From the NCBI RefSeq assembly GCF_045865695.1, contig NZ_BAACAP010000184.1, forward strand, positions 10,563 through 42,562: a DNA stretch of 32,000 bases, written 5' to 3'. Below the pieces are notes generated by a model. That model searched no databases and was not told the DNA's origin. It saw only the letters and a program-made list of their open reading frames with translations. A program made the position numbers and the translations under genes. The stretch comes from Scytonema sp. NUACC26. Its GTDB lineage: Bacteria > Cyanobacteriota > Cyanobacteriia > Cyanobacteriales > Nostocaceae. Every line of letters starts with the position of its first letter. Position 1 is the first letter of the stretch. Positions 25,920 to 32,000 of this stretch are shown piece after piece.

Positions 25920-26138
25920 TCATTCTTCAGTCATCTCCTCTTCATCTTCCTCCTTAATCTCTTCCCAGTCACCCCGTGCCAAGCCATGCTTGCGTTGCAC
26001 CAGAATAAATTCGGATTGGATGCGGTCGCGCTTCCTTCGGTTGTATTTTTGAGCAATGTCACTTGTGCCTTGCTCAATACGCTTTTTCGCCATTTCAAAC
26101 CATATTTGGGTGGTGCGCTTCCACTCCGAGCGTGCCAT
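25920..26138 (-). CDS. Hypothetical small protein with an acidic tail, possibly a gene fragment
   Basis: MARSEWKRTTQIWFEMAKKRIEQGTSDIAQKYNRRKRDRIQSEFILVQRKHGLARGDWEEIKEEDEEEMTEE. The frame is open upstream to a TAG at about 26232, so the true start is unclear. Confidence 0.3.
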   Translation of the reverse strand: MARSEWKRTTQIWFEMAKKRIEQGTSDIAQKYNRRKRDRIQSEFILVQRKHGLARGDWEEIKEEDEEEMTEE

Positions 26139-26564
26139 GGTATCCAGCTTCCTACAAGTGTCGAAGCTGATTCGGGTGTCAATGATGCCCAATTCTTTTA
26201 GGTGCAGCCAGTCTCGTCCTTTGTTGCACAGCTAGCAAATGGGTAAGCGATAAGCCTTTATGCTTAACGACTGCTAACACCCCCCTTCTGGTGGGTGGTA
26301 ATCTGAGTACCTAATACAGCAACATTGCAAGTTAATATTGCCGATCGCAACCAAATTTCGGGTTTCTTGAGAGCGATCGCCCTACCTATTCCTCAAATAT
26401 TCCCCCGTCCCCCTTCCCGCTTAAAAATCTAGGTTCAGACAAAGAATGTAACAATAAACACTTGTATATAAGTCTCTTTACAGTTGAGGCTTGGAACTGA
26501 TTATCCATTAAGAGGAAATTGGGACTTTTTTAGTTGAAATCTTTATTTGACAAACGGAGTTCTT

Positions 26565-26677
26565 ACTGTACCGTCCACTGTACAGTCCACTGGACAGTAT
26601 TGAAGACAACAGTAGACAGAGTGCGAGTTGTATGGTGGACAAGTTACAATACAAGGCCAAAAATTTGACTGGACAAC
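26565..26677. promoter_or_regulatory. Cluster of GTCCAC/GTGGAC-type motifs and overlapping palindromes (candidate operator or iterons)
   Basis: ctgtaccgtccactgtacagtccactggacagt contains the 10-bp palindrome ACTGTACAGT and GTCCA-C-TGGAC. Further TGGACA copies lie at about 26635 and 26669. The cluster is upstream of an HTH-like ORF. Confidence 0.3.
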
Positions 26678-26763
26678 CCGAAGAAAAAAATATTTTTTAA
26701 AAATTTTCTATAGAAGATTTTCAAAAAAAATATGGAATTAACAAGCGCTCGGTTTATTCTCGC

Positions 26764-27042
26764 ATGAGACACGACGCATTACAATTCGTGTATGAGTATA
26801 GTTTGGTGTATCTTGACGAAACACAAGTACAGTACATGGATGAACTGCACCAACACTCCGTGCATTCTGGAAGAGTGGATGGTTACCCCATGGACGAACC
26901 ATCCGAACCGAGTGAGAATGAGTCTGCTATTACAGTTGCAGAACCGCAAGGTGTCCAAAATAAAGTACTAAAAAATACATTAAAGTACGGAAATCAAGAA
27001 GTGCGATACGGCTTCAATATTTACATGGTGGTATGGCTATAA
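26764..27042 (+). CDS. Hypothetical protein, possibly a 5'-truncated HTH-like ORF
   Basis: The frame is open upstream of the ATG, reading ...IEDFQKKYGINKRSVYSRMRHDAL, which looks like an HTH. No canonical start covers that region. Confidence 0.3.
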   Translation: MRHDALQFVYEYSLVYLDETQVQYMDELHQHSVHSGRVDGYPMDEPSEPSENESAITVAEPQGVQNKVLKNTLKYGNQEVRYGFNIYMVVWL

Positions 27043-27465
27043 GGGGTAGTTTGAACGCTTGAAGCGCACCCGTGTTACTGGGTGTTAGCTCTAACTGTAT
27101 ACATTCATAAACAATGTATACAGAATGCATTCCACTTTAATAATATGTGACAAAAATCACTTACTTAATTAGTTAAAAGTGTATTACACATAGAGCCGAA
27201 AATTTTTAGCAGACAGATAATATAAAAAATAAGTATCAATTTACCCTAGCAAAATCAGCGAACGTACAGTTATTAGCTAACAGCTTCTCACCCTTTGAGC
27301 GATCGCCAAGTACTTTCATCTAAAAACTTCCTGGAGGAGCGGATTTGCTTAGTAAACTGCCTATTACAAAGAAGGATCAGCGCAAATCTTTAATACAAAA
27401 AGCTAGAATTGCAATAGAAGCAATTCCATTGAGGAGAGTCTATTGAAGCACCGAGCGATCGCAAT

Positions 27466-28008
27466 ATGGATGAAATGACTCAGAAAACTGAGGAATTGAA
27501 CTCTGATGGAACCTTCCGAAACTTAGAATTAGAACAAAGATACCAACAGTATGTTCAAAGGAAGCAAAGGAAAGGTCAGCAACCACGCGTGCGAGCTGAC
27601 TGGAACGCTGCTTCAGACTATTGGACACAAGACAGTCCTATAGCAAGAGGCAACAAATTCAATGAGACTGCAAACCAGAACTACGACTATTATGAAGTGC
27701 ATTTGGATAATGGAAAAAGGCTTGATGCTTATGAACCGGGAGAAGCTATTATATCTAGAAAAGCAACTGATTTTGATAAGATCCAGTCAGATACATTCCG
27801 GGAATATTTGAAAGAGATGAAAGATAAATATATGCCTGGTACTACTAAAATAAGGTCTAATAAATATCCAAGACTAGACGGTCAACCTTTGGATGGTAAG
27901 CTGGTTCTCGAAGTTCCCGATAGTAATCTAAACTCTGCTACTAAAGATGCTTTTGAACAGATTGCTAAGAGTGAAGGTATTGAAATTAGGTATACATCGG
28001 AGGAATAA
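27466..28008 (+). CDS. Orphan toxin domain of the restriction-endonuclease (PD-(D/E)xK) fold
   Basis: ARGNKFNETANQNYDYYEVHLDNGKRLDAYEPGEAIISRKATDF gives a D...E-x-K arrangement. It resembles C-terminal nuclease domains of polymorphic toxins. No N-terminal delivery region is present. Confidence 0.55.
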   Translation: MDEMTQKTEELNSDGTFRNLELEQRYQQYVQRKQRKGQQPRVRADWNAASDYWTQDSPIARGNKFNETANQNYDYYEVHLDNGKRLDAYEPGEAIISRKATDFDKIQSDTFREYLKEMKDKYMPGTTKIRSNKYPRLDGQPLDGKLVLEVPDSNLNSATKDAFEQIAKSEGIEIRYTSEE

Positions 28009-28066
28009 ATTTATAAGACCTGAAATTCTAGATGACAAGATTTATATAAATATATGTTCTAAAATT

Positions 28067-28582
28067 ATGCTTCAAGAAAAATTATCAAACCAGCTGATTC
28101 GTGTGTTAAATGCAATTAATTTTTCTCAGAGATACTATAATTTCTACGAGCAAAAGAAAGAGGCGATTTCTAGTCATAAGAAAAAATCGATGGCTAGCTA
28201 TGAAGATTTAGCAGCAGCATTATCATCTATTTCACAAGATTTTAAATACTATAAAAAGGAAAATTTGATAACATATAAAGAAACTTTTGACAAATGGGAA
28301 TTTGTTTTAAACATTGCGTTCACATTTTCCTATGTGGAACTGATTCTCTCAATAAAGAACGAGCATGAATATGCAGGTGGACCTTTTCCAAAGCTAGCAA
28401 GAGAAGCAGCACAATTATCAGATCCCGAATTTAAATACTCGCCAGCATCGCCAAAAATACCTTTTTCCAATCCAACAGAATTTTTGTCAGCTGTAAATTT
28501 TGGTATATCCGTTTTTCAAGAAGTCAAGCAGGCAATCTTACCAGATGAGATAAAGCAATCCTATTTAAGTTTTACAAAATAA
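28067..28582 (+). CDS. Candidate immunity protein (unassigned family)
   Basis: The ATG at 28067 lies 59 nt after the toxin stop, on the same strand. The protein is 171 aa and helical-looking. Assignment rests on position alone. Confidence 0.45.
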   Translation: MLQEKLSNQLIRVLNAINFSQRYYNFYEQKKEAISSHKKKSMASYEDLAAALSSISQDFKYYKKENLITYKETFDKWEFVLNIAFTFSYVELILSIKNEHEYAGGPFPKLAREAAQLSDPEFKYSPASPKIPFSNPTEFLSAVNFGISVFQEVKQAILPDEIKQSYLSFTK

Positions 28583-28616
28583 TGCTTCTAGTAATATTTG
28601 TGGGAGAATTTGAATT

Positions 28617-29132
28617 ATGAATGCATACTTGGTTAGATTTAAGACACAAAATTCGGAAAATAATCTTGAGTTCCCAGAGGCGATTCAGAGTGTAATCAAA
28701 AAAGCTCAACATCAAACTGACCATGTTCTAAATTTGGATGAGTCTTGGTGTGGAATTCATTTCGTTATGACGGATGAGTATCCAATTACAAAGACTGAAG
28801 CTCAGCAGCGTGGTATCTCATGGGATGATGACTCATTAGAAAACATCATTATGGGGGGAAGCCCAACACCATATAAAACCTCATTTGGTGCTGCTCGTTA
28901 TCTTAACCCTCAACAAGTAGAGCGAATGGCAGAAAAACTGGAACACTTAACCGTGGATAAATTCAAGGAATGGTACAATCCTGAAGTACTGATGTCAGAA
29001 AATATGCCTCCTCTTAATTGGGATAAAGGCAATACAATGCGTGACTGGCTAGTTGGTTACTTCAAAAAACTGGTGGAGTTCTATAAGGCGGCGGCATCTG
29101 CAGGAGAGAGTATCTTGATATATATTGCCTAG
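28617..29132 (+). CDS. DUF1877/YfbM-like protein (immunity-type family)
   Basis: LNLDESWCGIHFVMT ... GGSPTPYKTSFGAARYLNPQQVERMAEKL ... YFKKLVEFYKAAASAGESILIYI parallels the layout of E. coli YfbM (LDIDKRWDFLHFGLTG ... ) as I remember it. Confidence 0.55.
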   Translation: MNAYLVRFKTQNSENNLEFPEAIQSVIKKAQHQTDHVLNLDESWCGIHFVMTDEYPITKTEAQQRGISWDDDSLENIIMGGSPTPYKTSFGAARYLNPQQVERMAEKLEHLTVDKFKEWYNPEVLMSENMPPLNWDKGNTMRDWLVGYFKKLVEFYKAAASAGESILIYIA

Positions 29133-29210
29133 AACTAAACGTGCTCTTTTACGGTTCACCAGGTACAGAAAAAATAATTTGCGGTAAGTACTGGAGTTTC
29201 TGACCTCAGT

Positions 29211-29441
29211 TTGGCGGATGCTTCGGAACTTTTTACCCGTGGCCAGATAGGGATTCAGGTACTCCGTCTCCTGAAAGGGCGCAACTTGAAACAACGCGAA
29301 ATCAGCGATCTTCTCGGTATTCCACAGCCAGAGGTATCCCATTTGATGAAAGGAGAGTTTCAACGATTCAGTGAGGGTAAATGTCACTATACCCAAAAGA
29401 TTTTAGGGTCTGGAAACATAACCGAGTTTTTCAATGTCTGA
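29211..29441 (+). CDS. XRE-type HTH protein (antitoxin-like), possibly degraded at the C-terminus
   Basis: LLKGRNLKQREISDLLGIPQPEVSHLMKGEFQRFS is a typical XRE/HigA-like HTH. It has only a TTG start and an atypical tail. Confidence 0.45.
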   Translation: MADASELFTRGQIGIQVLRLLKGRNLKQREISDLLGIPQPEVSHLMKGEFQRFSEGKCHYTQKILGSGNITEFFNV

Positions 29442-29631
29442 AACCCTTATTATTGCGTTACTGCATTGTCAGTAAGTCCTAACATTGGAAGCATAATTTG
29501 TCCGCAGACGCAGAATGGAATCATAAAGCTTCCGCAAGTACTAATTTTTTCGGTTGTTCAGTGAAGCTAGTGTGTTTTTTAAAACTTGTAAAGACTTCCG
29601 CGCAAAGCAAGATATATCAAAGCTGACAGCA

Positions 29632-30000
29632 ACTACTCCCTTCCCGCTAGAAGATTACCAAAAATGTATTATGTAAATACAAACAAACTACAAAAGAAAC
29701 TCTTGTTTCTATAATTAATGAAAACGAGATGAATGTGTAGAAGTTGATAGATTTTTTTAGAAAAAACTACCATGATAGTCTGGAGTGACAGAATTCTATT
29801 TGACAAATGATTGTCAACTCGCACAATTAACCAACAATGAGCGCCAAAAATGTTTGTCTAAAAAGACAACGGCGCTCCGCGCCGTTCTGCGATCGTCAAC
29901 AACTTTATAGATGATTTCAATAATGGATGAGCGCAAATATGTCTTGAGTAGCAAAAAGAAAGAAAATCTCAACTAAGTGGGTTCAACTTTTGAGGAAATA
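29632..30000. repeat. Left long inverted-repeat arm
   Basis: Reverse complement of 31417..31785. Contains the GC-rich hairpin aacggcgc-tcc-gcgccgtt. Confidence 0.85.
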
Positions 30001-31097
30001 TGGTGAATGATATTTTGGATTTGTTGTGGTGTTTGAATCTGAAAATTCTGAAAGTATGTTTCTAATTTCTCTCGTACCTGTTGAATATTTACGCCTAGCG
30101 GCAGATGATGTAAAAGCTGTAGTCTCACTAGATGAATAATATATTCTGCTAAATTGAAATCTGGAGAATAGGCAGGAGTATGAATAAACTCTACAGTAAT
30201 CTTGTCCTGAATGTTTAAATTTACCAGATGCAACTGTAGTTGAGTTTTCATTTTTTGTTTATGGGTAGAATTATTATCCAAAATCACAGTGAGTTTTTGC
30301 ACACCCTGTTTAGCACAGTCACTAGCAAGTAAAGCAAAGTAATTAGATACATCTTCCGTTTTTGATTTTTCTGTTAATTTTAAATATTCTTCACCTGTTA
30401 CAGTATCTACTGAAATCATTCCATTTAATTTATTTCTACGTCCTTTTTCGTTACTTGGTACCTGAGGACGTGTATTTTTTTCCGCCCATCCATAAAACAT
30501 ACTTGGACGGTCGTAGACAGCGAATTCATCAAAACATACGATTTTTTCTTTTTCTTCCTTTAATTGCAGTTTTTTTTTAAAGGTTGATACAAAAGTCTTT
30601 TGTTGCTCTTGGTCAGCATTAGCATAATCTCGATGAGCTTTTTGATCCGATAACTTTAATTCTGATAAAATTTCATATATTCGAGTTGTTTTCAGTTTCA
30701 CCTCCCATCGTAATTCAATCACAGAGCTAATTATTTCGCCTGTCCAAATATTTCTATCAATCCCATAGTCTATTGGTCTTTCAGTCAGCAGCATTCTTTT
30801 AATTTCTTGTTTTTGTTCTGGGCTTAAACTCGAAGCCAGTTGATGCGTTATTGGTTTCACTAACTCAAGTAAACCGCCTTCAAGAAACTTATCAATCCAG
30901 ATTGACAAAGTTTTGTAACTACACTTTAATAATTCAGAGACTTCTGCTCTTGTTTTCCCTTCGCACAAGTATTTAATTGCTGTTAGCCTTTTTCGTAAAT
31001 ATTCTTGTTGATGTTTATAATACAATTTTTGCCATAAATCTAAATCTAATTCGTAAGTTTCCAATCGAAAAGTTCGATTTAACCTATATTTACTCAT
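29973..31097 (-). CDS. IS630/Tc1-mariner-family DDE transposase
   Basis: N-terminal HTH regions are followed by the DDE context IVCFDEFAV ... LTVILDNNSTHK ... HTPAYSPDFNLAEY. The protein is 374 aa. Confidence 0.85.
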   Translation of the reverse strand: MSKYRLNRTFRLETYELDLDLWQKLYYKHQQEYLRKRLTAIKYLCEGKTRAEVSELLKCSYKTLSIWIDKFLEGGLLELVKPITHQLASSLSPEQKQEIKRMLLTERPIDYGIDRNIWTGEIISSVIELRWEVKLKTTRIYEILSELKLSDQKAHRDYANADQEQQKTFVSTFKKKLQLKEEKEKIVCFDEFAVYDRPSMFYGWAEKNTRPQVPSNEKGRRNKLNGMISVDTVTGEEYLKLTEKSKTEDVSNYFALLASDCAKQGVQKLTVILDNNSTHKQKMKTQLQLHLVNLNIQDKITVEFIHTPAYSPDFNLAEYIIHLVRLQLLHHLPLGVNIQQVREKLETYFQNFQIQTPQQIQNIIHHISSKVEPT

Positions 31098-31416
31098 AAT
31101 GCCACAGAGTCGCTTCCGTGTATATGATATTATAATTTGGTGGGAATCATGTATAGTAGTTCGGAAACTACAGAAGTCCTAAACCTGAATTGATGGCGTC
31201 TTTTTTGCTCGGCTTGGGATGCGATAAGGACGGATGCCGTCAAGCGAAGCCGATCGCGCTTCGCGCTTTACAGTGTATTGAACAAAGATTCAACCAAATT
31301 TCTACATATTTGTTGTGAAGAAATTGAGTGAAAAAAGTCTCATCATCTACAAAGTTGTTAGCGCTCGCAGAGCGGCGCGGAGCGCCGTTGTCTTTTTCGA
31401 TAAACATTTTTTGAGC

Positions 31417-31785
31417 TATTTCCTCAAAAGTTGAACCCACTTAGTTGAGATTTTCTTTCTTTTTGCTACTCAAGACATATTTGCGCTCATCCATTATTGA
31501 AATCATCTATAAAGTTGTTGACGCTCGCAGAACGGCGCGGAGCGCCGTTATCTTTTTAGACAAACATTTTTGGCGCTCATTGTTGGTTAATTGTGCGAGT
31601 TAACAATCATTTGTCAAATAGAATTCTGTCACTCCAGACTATCATGGTGGTTTTTTCTAAAAAAATCTATCAACTCCTACACATTCATCTCGTTTTCATT
31701 AATTATAGAAACAAGAGTTTCTTTTGTAGTTTGTTTGTATTTATATAATACATTTTTGGTAATCTTCTAGCGGGAAGGGAGTAGT
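31417..31785. repeat. Right long inverted-repeat arm
   Basis: Reverse complement of 29632..30000. An extra copy of its hairpin-containing submodule (about 75 bp) lies at about 31344..31416. Confidence 0.85.
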
Positions 31786-32000
31786 ACCATTGTGATAATG
31801 TGCTTGCAACCATTCCTCCAAAATTGTGTTGATATACTTAACCACGTCTGAGGTTACGGAAATATGCATGGTTTCCTGACTCCAAGAGGTTAAGGTTAGT
31901 AATAACGATTCGCGTATTTTAGATAATTTACGGGAGACGGTGTATTGTTGGACTGCTAATTCTTGAGCAATCTGCTTTTGAGTTAAACTTTGTTGATAAT
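31741..32000 (-). CDS. Sigma-70-family sigma factor, C-terminal region 4 (5' end outside the window), with its last codons supplied by the IS arm
   Basis: The minus-strand reading is YQQSLTQKQIAQELAVQQYTVSRKLSKIRESLLLTLTSWSQETMHISVTSDVVKYINTILEEWLQAHYHNG. After it, 15 codons and the stop lie inside the inverted-repeat arm. Confidence 0.6.
   Translation of the reverse strand, partial: YQQSLTQKQIAQELAVQQYTVSRKLSKIRESLLLTLTSWSQETMHISVTSDVVKYINTILEEWLQAHYHNGTTPFPLEDYQKCII

Larger units (their letters stand above)
29632..31785. mobile_element. IS630-family element enclosed by 369-bp near-identical terminal inverted repeats
   Basis: Arms 29632..30000 and 31417..31785 are reverse complements with about 6 mismatches. 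The central 1.4 kb encodes a DDE transposase. Confidence 0.7.

Noticed and set aside
25821-26201. 126-aa plus-strand ORF.
   Set aside because: It is a Leu/Phe/Ser-rich low-complexity translation antisense to 25920..26138. Neither is strong, but the minus-strand product looks more protein-like.
31240-31440. 66-aa minus-strand ORF upstream of the IS630 transposase.
   Set aside because: It lies across the hairpin repeat unit and the duplicated arm submodule, so it is most likely non-coding IS sequence.

Overview
This window looks like an accessory or conflict island from a cyanobacterium, probably a filamentous Nostocales-like genome. The taxon call rests on at least 11 perfect copies of the HIP1 octamer GCGATCGC and on typical cyanobacterial protein families. 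A housekeeping-looking block at about 3.3-6.7 kb holds a GMC oxidoreductase, an NmrA-like reductase and a small membrane protein. Mobile DNA and predicted immunity or cell-death genes surround that block.

Main contents, in order:
- A 5'-partial WYL regulator.
- A two-gene operon encoding a small acidic protein and a coiled-coil protein with two C-terminal TM helices. A 43-nt hairpin repeat appears to have cut the upstream ORF.
- A CHAT fragment.
- A Tn554-like three-gene tyrosine-recombinase module inserted into a plasmid-type gene.
- A small RHH protein, a VOC-fold protein and an IS1595-type Zn-ribbon remnant.
- An intact trypco2 + CHAT protease operon, facing an EAD1 (death-like adaptor) protein with an unassigned C-terminal domain.
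- An integrase fragment.
- A CHAT-NB-ARC-TPR gene of about 1230 codons, split by a single in-frame TGA. It carries eleven near-identical 126-bp TPR units.
- A frameshifted GIY-YIG gene.
- Two paralogous divergent modules, each a small 2-TM protein paired with an HTH-NACHT gene. Both NACHT genes are decayed, one with a MITE at the deletion junction.
- An orphan restriction-endonuclease-fold toxin followed by two immunity-like genes.
- An IS630-family transposase enclosed by unusually long (369 bp, about 98% identical) inverted repeats, abutting the 3' end of a sigma-factor gene.

The best candidate for an intact, experimentally uncharacterised system is the trypco2-CHAT/EAD1 cluster at 13.5-17.0 kb. 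All family assignments come from reading motifs by eye; no database search was run.
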